64,000 bases of DNA from NCBI GenBank assembly GCA_964247055.1, contig OZ176051.1, positions 6,324,001-6,388,000 on the forward strand, read 5' to 3'. The position numbers were made by a program, and so were the translations under genes. Positions 13,941 through 27,400 of this stretch are shown here, piece after piece. The notes below the pieces were generated by a model. That model searched no databases and was not told where the DNA came from. It saw nothing but the letters and a program-made list of their open reading frames with translations. The stretch's first letter is position 1; each line of letters begins with the position of its first letter. The DNA comes from Paragordius varius. Taxonomy: Eukaryota > Animalia > Nematomorpha.

Positions 13941-14557
13941 ATTATATGAAAATAAATATTATACATTTTCATTAAATACATTTTTTTAATTATTTAAATT
14001 ATGCAAAAAACGGTGGATATATCCGCTTTATTAAATAAGTACCCCAAGTGGAAAAACATAAAGTTCAAAAAAAATTTTATTTTAAAATAATGTATAAAAT
14101 ATTTGATTAGAAAATTATTTTTAAATTGAAGCGACAAACTTCATTTTTTTGAAAAATAAGCCAATTTTTTGAAATTTTTATTAATTAAAACTTCCAAAGC
14201 AATTTTCATAATTTACAAAGTTGTTGCATATTATTTATAATTTAATTATACCTCATTATTCTTTTAGGTCATTTCTTAGGTAAAAAGTAAATACAAAAAT
14301 TATAATTTGATTATTTTCTATAAAATGGATGTGAGTTTGACACGTATATACCTTAATATTTTTTGTAAAACAGTATAATTTTATTTTTTAAAATATATAA
14401 AATATAATTATTTTGTAAAACATAACTCTTTGATCTTTTTCATATTTATCCGTTATCTATATATCTGTAAGTTTATATACCGACCGCCCTGAAAATGTGT
14501 GTACTTTTTATTAATATTTTCCTAAGTTTGTAGAATAGACAATTTTTTATACATATA

Positions 14558-14716
14558 CAGTAGCGTATGGCTTAAAACAATATTAGTCCATAAAAAAATA
14601 AAAAATGTTTTTTTTAAAAACAAGCCTTGTTTACACATATCCATAATACCCCCTTGTTTTTTTAAAAAAACTTTTTATTCTTTTATACTAATTTTGTTTT
14701 ATGCCATACGCTACTG
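14558..14716. mobile_element. Related MITE subfamily, 159 bp
   Basis: TA-CAGTAGCGTATGGC ... GCCATACGCTACTG-TA termini; shares the internal CATATCCATAATA motif with the 162-bp copies. Confidence 0.85.
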
Positions 14717-14924
14717 TATATATTTAATTAAATTAAAAAAATGCACGGCTCACAAAAAAATTTGCCGACTTGCGCCTCTTAATTATAAATCACACTGATT
14801 TTCATTTATATAATAATAAATTTAATTTTTATAAAAAGTTTTTACAAGTTGTTTGTTTATGCCTTTTTTTCAATGACATGATTAATCTTAACTTACTTAT
14901 TGATATCTATCACCTATATATATA

Positions 14925-15086
14925 CAGTGGCGTATGCAGTAAAAGATTGTTAGTGCAAAATAATCTTAATGAACACAAAACAGGGGGAGAATTTTCATAT
15001 ATTAAAGTCCTATTTATAAACATATCCATAATATCCCCCTATTAAGATTATTTTGCACTAACAATCTTTTACTGCATACGCTACTG
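14925..15086. mobile_element. 162-bp MITE, second near-identical copy
   Basis: Same TIR, TA flanks, length and orientation as 10870-11031. Confidence 0.92.
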
Positions 15087-16089
15087 TATATATATATATA
15101 TAAATTGATGTATCAATATTCAACAAATGATATACTTTTTTATCTTTCTACCTTTTTAAAATTTTTTTATAGCAATCAAAGAAAAAGTTATAATAAAGTT
15201 TTAAATTGTTATATCTAGATGAATGATTTATCATGGTTACCAACTTAAAAGTTATTTACATAATAAAGAAAAATTTTTCATAAACTTTTTTAATATTTTT
15301 TAAGAGCATAGCTAAACTTGTCATAACCTTGCGTGCTGTTTGATATCTTTAATTTTGATGTTAAACAATTTCGTTTTAAATTCATCATGATAATCATGAT
15401 ATTGTAAACATTTTATACCTTAGATATTTGATTTTAATTGAGGAGGATTGGTTTCGCCTGTTTTATTCGTTTTTTTGGGTTTATATTAATTTACTCATAA
15501 AGCACGAAATTTACACACTAAAATGATAATTTATGCAGAAAATATGTGAGACACAAGCAAAAGTTAAGCAATTTTATGTGAAATTGGTTATATGACCACC
15601 CCAGCGAATATTTTGTTAGTATATTTAGGTTTAGGAGACAAGGTTGCTAAATTTGGGGAAAGTTTGTCATTCCAGTCAAGGTTTTTTATGTTTTTCTTGC
15701 CTTTGACTATTGAAATTATCTTGGATTACTTTTATTGTATTATACATTCCTTAATATGGTATGGTGTAGTATAGACAAGTTTTTGATGGTAATGGAATTA
15801 TATGAGGGTAAAAATTTGTAGTTAATTAAATGGTTAAGTGTTTAACAAAGCCTACAAATAACAATAACCTTTTATGATAAAAATTTCATTTTATTAGCTA
15901 CAAACAAAAAATTTAAGCAGTTGACATTGTCATTCATGCAAGGAAACACCCAAATTGTTTTTTGAGTTTCATTATTCCGATAAAAAAGTCGGTAGTAAGT
16001 TACACTAAGCAATAAAAAGCGGGGTATAAAAATAAATTATGTATACAAATATCATTCGATAGTTAAGGTTTAGAGCTTAATGTTATAGA

Positions 16090-16450
16090 ATAGAATCGAT
16101 TGCGCAAGACGTATATTGTTGTAATCATATTCGGTTACATTTCAATTTATCGCACTTTGAACCACACGCTCTTCTGGATTATTCTATTACTATTATGTTG
16201 GAATTTATGAAAGGCAGGCGGCGAACAATTCGATATTATAAAGATTTTTTCATCATTCAAAAATACAGCATCTTTCTCCAACACACCACATTTAAAAGCA
16301 TTTACATACCATTCGGGTCTTTAACGACAAACTCATGGCATAAAGCATTCTGTAAAGGAGAGATTTGACAAATTTTATTTAATTTATCCTGTGATAACCG
16401 TCTATCGAAGCAGCCTCTGCCTTCCGCTAAATTATTAATAAACGGTTAAA
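16090..16450 (-). pseudogene. Possible decayed Tc1/mariner-like transposase fragment
   Basis: Coding-like composition; the broken frame KDAVFLNDEKIF..QHNSNRI loosely resembles the VxFSDEKxF first-Asp region. Weak support. Confidence 0.25.
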
Positions 16451-17220
16451 TAATAACTCGATATGTTTTTTGTTTTAGTTTCATCCTAGTTTATATATAA
16501 CTTTGAACATATCACATAATTTTACTGCTTAGTTATTCAAGCCGATTTTATATTATCGTAAATTTTCAATAATACGATATTCCTAATGATAAAAATATTA
16601 TTTGCTTCGCCCAATTATTTTTATTTCGTCCTAAAATCGATTTTTTGGATATTTGATGGCATAAAAGCAGATTTTTTTAAGGGAGTCTACATCTAAGATT
16701 ATAAATATCATAAATATTTTGCCGAAATGTAATTAAGGATGCAATTCAATGATAAATTCTACCAAAAATTTTATTTAGCACAATGCTAATTTTTGATATG
16801 ACGAAAAGCACTATTTTTATTAGATGACCCGTAAGGCCCGAAACCAAATGCACCATAGAAATCTAATGAATACTTTTGTTATATATTCAATCTTATTTTG
16901 TGCGATGTATTATCATCATCTATATACTAGCTCTTCAGATGAAAACATCATACTCTGGGTGCTTTTTTACACTTAAAAACTAATAAAGTGAAATATTTTC
17001 AATTCATGGTAATTGCTTCATATTGAAAGATCGATTTAGCACATCTCATTCTAAATATAACTGGTGCAAGCCAAATGCATCAATGTAAAAAAAAATATTT
17101 AAATATATTATAAATTTTAACTCCGAAGATTTTATTTTCGGCTCAGCTAAATTTGGCCAGTATTTTGGAAACGCAAAGGAGCCGAGATTACGTGATAAGG
17201 ATCAATATATGGTCTTAACA

Positions 17221-19998
17221 TAAGGTGACCAGATTTTTTTAAGGAAAAAGCGGGACAAATCTGAGAGGGGGGGTTATGAGGTGGGGTGTACAACCAAAAA
17301 TTTTTATACAAAAAATTTATTGTAGTATTTATTTATTTTTATCACAAGAATTTGTCAAATTATATTTGACAGATAAAATGGTAAAATTTCAACATTTATA
17401 TTTGATATTTCCGATGTCCACATCTGATTTCTGTGGAAAAAACGCGCACAGTAGCAGCGTTGGTTCCACGTAAAGTTGTATGGAACATAGTTTGTTTCAA
17501 AATGATGAAATATTTCTAACCATTTTGTATTTTTTTTCTGTTGTCCATAATTTAATTTTTTCTATTAATATATTTTATGACTAATGATATTTTAGAAAAA
17601 ATATATTTTCTGAAAGGTTACTTTTCGGGAATTTTTGGGAGATGCAGAAATGATTTTCGAACATCGCACCAATTAAATTCTGGTTTTAATGTTGTGCAAT
17701 GAAAATGATCAATTTCATTAAATTGCACCGTCCAGTCTTCCAATAATATTTACAGTTTGTATAAAACATTTTTAATGGTACAGGATATGGCGATTCATTA
17801 AGCCTTGTTTTTCTAAATTATTTATAATATTGCGGATGGTTATTGGTATAAAATTATTTTATAACCTTTCTTGAGATTGGAATTTTAGGTTACTAACTTC
17901 ATTGGCTACTTCGATTGCCGAAGTTTTCTCACTTTCTATCAATTTAATAACATTTTGAAAGAGAGAAGCTTGATTATGTAGGAACTCTAACCATATTGAA
18001 GAATCACTTTCAAAAAACTCTTCCAAAGTTGTAGGAAATTTGTCCTGTGATAAAAAAATAGGATTTTAAAGGATCATTTTTTAAAATTTCTTAGATGGCT
18101 GGCAGAAGAGCAAACCAACGAGTTTTACAATATCCAAGCTTTTTTAATATAGAACTTCTGCATTTGCACAGAATTTCTTAAGCGTTACCGTGTATATAAA
18201 AATAGGAATATACTTTAACAACTACATTTTCCACATCTAGGGGTAACAAATCAGCAGCTGTTTGAATAGCGTTGTGTGTTATATGCGCTACACACCCAAC
18301 GTCAATAATGGATTAAGATTATCTGCTAATTACTAAAAATTATTTTTTGTTCCCCTCCTTGCTTTTCCACCGAGGTTCGTATTGGTGTTGTCACCGCAAT
18401 ATGCGATGATTTTGTCTTTTAAATTATTTTTTCCTAGAATATTCATTATTGAAGTAAAATTATGTCGGAATTCGCACCTGGTAGAGAAATAAAATTTAAA
18501 ATTTTAATTTTACTCCGGTTTCTGGACCAAAATATTTTATTAACATGGAAATTTTATGTTTCCTGATTTTATACATCAGAGTATGGCGATATGAAATTAA
18601 TCAGCAAATCTTTTTGTATTCAGAAAATACATGTGGCGAAAGGACAATGCATACAATGGCTTCAGCTTTTGTACGGGCACGAATAACATGTGAGGTACAA
18701 TCCATAGATCTAAAGGAATGATTGTGATTAACGCGTGAAAACATAACACGCCCTCAGCTAGTGACAAATTCTTTTCTTCCTCTCCAAAAGCGGTTTTACT
18801 ATAAAAATTTCTTATTTTGTAAGATGATGCCACCATATCTAAACATTTTTTATGTTTCTGTGTTTCCATGCTTTGTAATATCATGCTTACTGCTATGTGG
18901 TAGGGTGAACCCCTAACATAAAGCATTTAACAAATGATTCATTCTTCGTTTTTTTGATAAAAGGAAATTCTTTCATTAATTCTCGTTAAATTTACAACCT
19001 CTTTATGTACTCATATTTTAAACTAATCTATATATTTATAAAAATGAAAAATGCTGGCTTTGTGATCTGGTCCCGGAAAACCGGTAGAATTATTCAAATC
19101 CAAATATCAATATATCATTAATAAATGTCCCACAATAGCTTCGCCCTTTTTTTGAAATAGGCCCCCAGTTCTAGCCCATTCCGTGTGAAAAACGGGTTTT
19201 TTTGAAAACAGAAATCCACAAAAATCGTGTCTTTGAGACAATTTTCTGGAGAAAGTGTTGGATCATTCAATTTACTTATTTTCGATTGCGCCGAACATAG
19301 TCGTCTCGCTTTTTTGATTTAGTACTCTTTTTACCCGCTCCCTTCGTAAAATGCCATTTTTTTCAAAAAAAAAAACAAAGTCCACAAAAATAATTTTTCA
19401 AATCTATTTTTCGCCCTATTAAACAATTAGTATGAATGCTCCGTTTTAAAATTCCTATAAACTCATATCTTTTAAATAATGTTTCGAAATAATCCACATA
19501 TGTGGATCATTTTATTGTCCCTTATTTCAAATAGCCCTCCCTCACCCCCCAGAAGTCCGAAGGACTTCCTCGGGCTGCGTAGCAGCACGAGATTTACGCC
19601 AGTATTAATATAAAAAAATATTATATTACCTTAATTTTTTGGAGTAAACGTATAAGCTACCGATTTGTGATATTAATTTGTCTTTTTGATAATGTTGGCA
19701 GTAGGATTAGGAAGCAAAGTGTATAATCATATGATATGAATTTGTAAAAAAATAAATATTTTTAATTTAAAAATAAAAAACTTTAATTTAAAATTGATAC
19801 AGATTTTAAAGATAACTAATGATTAAAAATTTAAACGGATAAAAAAATAAATTTTTTATAAAAAATTTAAATGTATTAAAAAAATTTTTTTTTATATAAT
19901 CGTGAAAAAGCGGGACATTTCAAAAACGCAGCGGGACGCGGGACAAAGTGTGAAAAAGCGGGACTGTCCCGCCAAAAGCGGGACGTCTGGTCACCTTA
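17221..19998 (-). mobile_element. hAT DNA transposon, 2778 bp, termini intact, non-autonomous
   Basis: Perfect 13-bp TIR TAAGGTGACCAGA at both ends. Perfect 8-bp TSD TCTTAACA at 17213-17220 and 19999-20006. Subterminal GCGGGAC motifs at both ends. Internal transposase remnant on the minus strand. Confidence 0.93.
17480..18960 (-). pseudogene. Decayed hAT transposase
   Basis: Segments in shifting frames with stops: LAEGVLCFH, HNHSFRSMDC, ARTKAEAIV..VLSP, IIAYCGDNTNTNLGG, AHITHNAIQTAADLLPLDVENVVVKVYSYFYIYTV, FLHNQASLF. These match motifs I recognise from hAT transposases. Boundaries are approximate. Confidence 0.85.
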
Positions 19999-20917
19999 TC
20001 TTAACATGATTAATTTTTTATTTAAAAAAATTTGCTTAAAATTATTTTTTTGTGAAATTTTTTAGAGATTAAGAGTACTACTTTAAAGCATACATATATA
20101 TTTTATGAAAACATTTGAAATGTTTTAGGGAATTTTATACATATTCGTTCTCGTTAAAGCTTCCTATTGCCTTTTAAATGAATTCTTTGGTTACGGATAT
20201 ATGAAAACACAATTTTTATGGCTTGATGACGATAAGGTTTAAAATTATTAGGTAATAGAATATATAAGCGTAAAAAATTATATCTACACTTCAAAATACT
20301 TGATAAGTTTTATTTGATCATGCTGATTTTTTTAGTAGGTTTTTTAAAAACAAATAAATTTTGATAAATGACCCCATATATTATAATTCTAAGAATTTAT
20401 CTCGCAATCACAGTTTTTTTGCTTTAACTCAGCGCAAAGGGTCCTGTAAATGATTTTAAGGCATCACATTAATGAATATCATTTAAACTTTAAGTATATT
20501 ATGAATATATTATTAGTTTGACTGAGATCTAACTATAACTTATAAATTTGTGTTTAATATGCAATTAACATTAGAGAATAAGTTTTTTAATGAAACGGAG
20601 GTGTCAAATTCCAGCCAGATCTTCAGATATTATTTTTTATTAGAATATTTTGTAAGTGCACATTTATATTTCCAAATCTTTATTTATTAAAACGCACCTT
20701 TAAACAATGACTGCCATGTATATATTGAGTATATGTTTATTAAATAGAATATTTGAAAACCACTGATTGGTTTCTAACACAGTGTCCACAAAAATATCCT
20801 GATGATAAATTTATATATATATTCTGATGGAAAAAATAGGATTCTTAAAGCTTTTGATTTTATCCCTTGTGTGTGATTTAAAATTACCTACATTTTTGTG
20901 GTAAGTCCGCTATATCA

Positions 20918-21203
20918 AAAAATGGCAATATTGGCGCACATTTTATTACACATGTATTTTTTGGTGAAGATGCTTCATCTAAAATTTTTATCACAAAATT
21001 TCGACATTTTTGGTTTTAGAGAACAGGCCCTATTTAGAAAAGCGAAAAAATTTGAGACTTTGGGCGCTCACACTAAAAAATAATTTTTTACAAGTATTGT
21101 TTTGATATGTATAAGTAGTCAATTATATATTTTAGTGATATTTTTTGGATGAAGCATTTAGTCAAAAAATTTGTGTTACAAAATGCGCGCAAATTGCCAT
21201 TTT
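20918..21203. repeat. Foldback dispersed repeat, with a related copy near 62570-62830
   Basis: Arms AAAATGGCAATATTGGCGCACATTTTATTACACA / TGTGTTACAAAATGCGCGCAAATTGCCATTTT. A CTATATCAAAA..TGGCAA-like start recurs near 62572. Confidence 0.55.
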
Positions 21204-22155
21204 ATGGCATTATAATCACGAAATTATAACTTTCTTATATCACCAGAGGTCCCAAAACTAAAAACATGAAAATCCTGATAACAGAACATATATGTTTCAT
21301 CAGGATATTATTTATACCCCGATTTTGGACGCATAATTTAACAAAATCTGGGCTAGGGTTTAGATCACTTTAACAAAAAAGTAAATACAAGCATTGTTTT
21401 ATATTTATACATCAAGTTACTAAAAATATTCCAAGTAAAAAGCCTATGCATTCAAACCAAAAAATATATTTATTTTTGTGCAACGCCCGCTTTAAACACT
21501 TCATATATTTTAATCATACTAAAAATATATGACTAGTTTGATTAATCAAATATTATTGTGTTTTTTTCAAATTTTACCGCTTTAGGTTGAATGTTAAAAA
21601 CAAATCAATTCCTGAAAATTAGGTCTACAAACTGTTTGACCAAAACCCTAAAGCTAAATGGCTGGGATCTTTAATAATATAACAATCTTTAATTAAATGT
21701 TTATGGTTTCATTTTAATATTAGTCCTTACATTATAAAACTACTAAATTATAAATAATTACAATAATCTCGCTTTAATTAAATTTATAATTGGATGCTAT
21801 TAAACAGCTGAAAATATTTTACCTTAAGGGGTTGGACTCAAATCGTATAAGACCCATGAAAGCTTAAACACTCGCCTGTTCAGGAGTGATAGGGATGATG
21901 GAAAACTATTTTAGGAAATTAAACCATTTGTTATTTAAGTATTCTTTGATAAAGTGCCGAAATTTTGTTTGAAAAACCCACTTTTCGATTAGAAAACATT
22001 AGCCATTTTGTTCAATGCGTTTATGAGGCGTTTTACGTTGAACACTAAACGGCGGTATTTAATATCGAAATTAATTTATTGATAGTTACTATAATTAAAA
22101 TTTATATCCAAATTTAGTTGCGGGGACCGTTGGCTGATTTTTGTTGCTTTGATAA

Positions 22156-24391
22156 TCATTCTCTCCAAAATTCAAAATCGATATCTCCAAAACTATCACA
22201 TGACACAAGCGGATTTCTGCTTGAATGATACAATTAATTGATATCAGTTTAAATGGATTTAGAATATATGTATTTTAGAATAAAAGGCTTTATTATATAT
22301 AATTAATTACTTAAATGAAGTTGTTAGAAATACATCTCTCTGCATACTAAATATTGAGTCACTATTAAGGCACAAAATTCTTGCCAGGCTTACTTTCCTG
22401 ATTTCTTGAAGTTGATCTATGTATATAAAAGAGTAAATATGTATAATAAAAAAATTTGATTTTTTTAAACATATTAGGAAGCTGAGCTATGTAATTTTTT
22501 AAAATTTAAGCAGTGTGGGTAAAAATTTAGTATGGACTGATTTTACCCATATTTATAAACTTATAGTTAATATAGCCGGCTTCTTATATTGATTTCTTAA
22601 TTTATAACAAATTTTTCAGCCTAATCTCTTTGTCATTAATTTCCTTTTCACGGTAAACAAAACATGCCATAAAAACCTTGCTTAAAATTAAATACAAAAG
22701 TAAGAGTTTTTTTAAATTGATATTCACTGGTCGCATTTCTTGAAAATTAAACTATCAGTGTCAGCACGTAATGGTTTTACCTACATAATTGTCCTTTAAA
22801 ATGAAAACATAAGTAGAGATCATCTCTTCATATAGAAGATATTTGTTCAAAATCGATTTTTAATTTTTAAAAAATGAGCATTTTTACCAATTTATTGCTT
22901 AAACCACACATTTTGGAATCTTGATTTCGTTGATAAATATTATAAATAAATATATAGGTATTTTTATTTTTACTATGGCGAGGGTAAAATTTTAGGGATT
23001 ATAAAATATCAACTCCTTGAAGCTTCCAGTCAGTTAAGGTTCATTGAAACATAATAGTCAAATGTTGTATAAATAAATACTTGGGGTAAAAGGATAATTT
23101 TGAACGCCAGGAGTATATGCATTTTCATACCAAAATCGATCACCATACCGCAACTTTCTGAACTGAATACCAACTATACAGGCAAACGTTGGCCCAATCA
23201 ATGAACCATGTAAGGGAATCTCAGATATGCCCCCGATCCACAAATCAATATCATTCACATGACTTTTCCAAACATATAATAAAACGAAAATTAGACCAAA
23301 AGTTGGGTTAAAAGCGACAAAAATTATAATTAAGCAAAATATTGCTTGCTAGTAGCATTTCTAACAGTTAAATTTTTAATTTGCTAAAATCAAATTATGC
23401 TGAATACTTGTATACACGGGACATATTATTAACTGATTCAGGGTACAAATAGTTGTAGGCATCAGACCAAGTCCTTAATCGCTGTAACCCACAATATTCG
23501 CGCCAATCATTGTATGGGGCCATTCCATTATCTCGGCCTCGGATTATGTTTAGCGACATAAGATCCATCCCTGCATATAAGAGGTCATAATAGATTAATT
23601 AATTTATAATAAAATTAAAAAAAATAGTATTTGATTTTTAGGAAAAGTTAATTGATTGATAAGAATTTACGAATAATGAAAATTGGATAATTTATAAACA
23701 AAACTGCCTCAATATATAACTTTAATAATTTTTATCACCTTAATTTTATCTTTATATAATTATATAGTTTAGTATAATTTGCATAATTTCTTGAAAACTT
23801 AATTTGAACAAAAATTTACATGCGTTACCAAAAATATTTTCATTTATTTGATATAAATGATTTTTGACATCAACAGCTATGTTTGTATCCAGGGCCTGGG
23901 ATAATTGAACAGTTGATCCTTTTATTAGGGGATCAACTCCTAGCGGATAAGTTGTGCCAAAAAGCCATTTCGGTTGAAAAAACATTTTTCGAAGTGGTAA
24001 CAATGACACGTGATTATTGAAATAACCCACTCGAAATATATCTGCGCTAATGTAAAAACGTGCAAAGACAGAAATAATTAGATATATAAAATAGGTAATA
24101 TAGGTATATCAAAAAATTTTAATGAATGTGAATATGCTTTTCCAATTTTTCTTGATAATTGATTCTACACAATATATACAATAAGAACAGGTATCTTTAA
24201 TACATATCAATTATAATGCCTTATAATCAATAATCTAACATTATTAATTAAACCCCGAACCGAAGTTGCGGTATCATATCAAGTAATTAGGCTTTTCCAA
24301 CCCTACATCTTGAGGCTTTATGTGTACGCGTGTAATATTATGGCAACAGAATTATTTTAATAAGTAACATAATCAACTTATAATATTTTAT

Positions 24392-24455
<64 letters not shown>

Positions 24456-27400
24456 GGAACTTTAGTAGAGAGTGAGAAAATCTGAAGGCTGCCGTGCTAA
24501 AAGCATTAATTATGGTGGCATCCTCATTTTCATCATAGCCTGTAAAGTAACCTGTGTGACTTAGGCGTAAACCATGTTTTCGTAAATCATGTTCCCCAAA
24601 AACTTTTGGTAAATATTCCTTATACGTTATGTGCTGTATAACCGCGGCTAAAATCCTTCTAGTTTCTTGGAATCTAAAATTTGATTGATTACATTTAAGT
24701 CAAAATATTTTATATCTTCCATTCACATTTTTCAAAAAGATAAACTACAAAATTTCCCTTCTTACATGATTGTAATATATCATTCAAATTATTTTTATAA
24801 AAAGAATATATTATTATATGAACAAACATTTTTTCATCGCTCCAGTGTGGGTTTTGTTCCCACAATTTTTCGGCCAATCGATTGTGCTCCCGGAGGAATA
24901 CAATATGCATCGTAGTCAACGGAGTATTTTCATTGCTTCGCATTTCGCCTTAATTTATGTATAAAACAATGAATAAATTTGCCAACATATTTATTTGTCT
25001 ATTTAAAACGATTTTTCTATCATGCATGAAAAGATTATAATCAAAATATTAATATTGACACCTATATAAGTTACGATAAATTAACATTCCAATTGATTTT
25101 TTTAATAAAGCATGGGTTTTTTTTGCAATTTAAACTTCTTTTACTACCCTTTGTCATCAACTTAAAGTTATAAGAATCTGTGTGGATTAATTATCCTCAG
25201 GTTAAAATATAAATCAAAACATTTTCTTGAAATATGTATATATATATATATACCAGCCATAAAACATGGATGCTTTTTTACACTTTGTATGAGACATTCT
25301 TCAATCACTGATTGATTTGATAAGGGGAGCAATGGTTTTCTCCTATGATCAAATGGGTGCGGTAACACTTTTAACAGGCCTTTAGTTTGTGTCAACAGTA
25401 AATAAACGAAATAATAATATAAATGTGGTTTATTAATTTAAATATTTTTCATAATTTACCTTTATGAAAGAGACGAACTTCATGAGCTTCTTCAGGCGTG
25501 TTCCCATAAACAGTAGAGGCATCAATGTAATTTGATAACTGATTTATCTGTTGCCTGGCCCCTTTTTATTATATTAAAAGTTTAATTATTATAAATTTAT
25601 ATGGCTTGTAGAAAATCTAGACCAATTCCCAAACAATCCGTTTCAATATTTTATGCTCATTTAAAACATGGGTTCCGTTTCCCAAATGAAAAATCTAAAA
25701 GACTATGCTAGCATCCTTCAAATATTTGTCAATTAAAATTTTGTATAAGTGTACTGTACCACTTTTTACGCTTATGAATAAGTATAACTCACACACTTGT
25801 AAATGTAAATTGTTAAAATTCGATTTTAATAATTTAATATGTTAGAAAAATTGGAATTAAATTGTTAAATTATAAATTTAACCCATTTTTCCCACTATAT
25901 TTTATATTAAACGCATGATAAATATGTTTGAGTGCTTTTGACTGAATGATTATTTTTATAAGCGGTTACAGTCAAGGGAAATGATAACCGGTCAGAACAA
26001 ACCCTAGTCGCAATATGTAGTTTTTTTTAAAATTAAGGCTACCTAAATTGCAGGAAAGCCCGACTCCTGGTAAGGAACGCATAGCTTGCATGCAGTTTTG
26101 ATCATGCTGACTGTAGAATTCGTCATCGTAGGGTAATTTCAATCCAAAACATAGTGGATGTTGACCCTTTATATTGGGTGGACAACAGTTTAATCTTGGG
26201 TATCGATAACCTATGATTATTTTGAATAATAAAATAATTTATATGCATAAAATTCAATGTTTTATTTCTAAGGTTATTAGTTATCAGAAACTTATTTAGG
26301 AATATATGGATATTAAAGCTGTGATAATTCAAATTTTACATGAAATTAGGAACCACTGTTGAAAATATCTAAATTTTATTTTAAAATTATCTTATTTACA
26401 TTAGAGAATATTAAATGTATCTTCTATTAATACACCAAAATGTTTTAATAATTTAGATTAATTGATATAATTACCAGTTGGCACAGGAAAAAGCGTTATA
26501 TCATGATCAATTAATTGACCAAACGACGTCATCATAACAGTTAAATGATCATGTTCTATGAACTTTGTTGGCAAACAAGTCGTACTTATGATACGAGCGT
26601 TTGGCAGATCATCCCCATCCACAGATCTTCGGATTTCACTAACACCTGTTATAAAAATATTTCTTAAAATTAACTAAATTGTTAAAAAAATAGAAAAATT
26701 AGTCAAAATAAATAAATATTCAATACCATCATTATAAACGGCTGGTATTAAGCGTTGTGGAGGCAATTCAGCCATTCCCCAAGTAGGATGCTTTAAATTG
26801 TTACAATGGCCTTCGATTGTACGGTAATTTAAGGGACACTCCCAATGTAAAACTTCTTCTTTTAGTGGGCATTGGCCTAAAAATGTTCTTGAGACATCAA
26901 GTTGATCCAAGTAGTCTGATATTTCGTATGGTCCCAATTGATAGCTGTAAAAAAAATCAAACCTCAAATATGGATAAAGTAAAATTGCTAAATTATAAAT
27001 TTAGTCTAACACTACATTTGATTAATTTCCTTAAATGGCTTTTGGATCTTTACAAGATATTAATCAAACAAATTTTTTATACATCTTTTTAACGTTTGTA
27101 TTTATCTGGAAAACTATATTATTTCGCCTGATTTATTTATACTTTTTTGTAAATCATTTGGACAATTTTGAATATATGTTAATTTTTACCTTAGTTTTTT
27201 GGCTAGGATTTGTGAGGCTTTGTCTTTAATCATAGCATATTTAGAGTATTGGACATATCTATTTCTCGGAGGCTTAAAATACCCTCTTCGATGATCTTCT
27301 TTAACAACTAATTAACAATTTGGATGATTTATAATTAATTTAGATAAAAAATTAATAGTTATTTAACAATCGACGATTAATAAACTGACCTTTTATTCTT

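Noticed and set aside
10808-15045. Two near-identical short ORFs (10808-10990 and 14770-15045) as duplicated genes
   Set aside because: The shared peptide is just the translation of the 162-bp MITE.
15592-15774. Short hydrophobic ORF
   Set aside because: It has no motif or convincing splice partners; such ORFs arise by chance in T-rich DNA.
25540-25561. Loss of the heme ester-bond Glu (RQQIN instead of REQIN)
   Set aside because: The ester-forming Glu lies in the R-x-x-E motif, here RSNE, which is intact.
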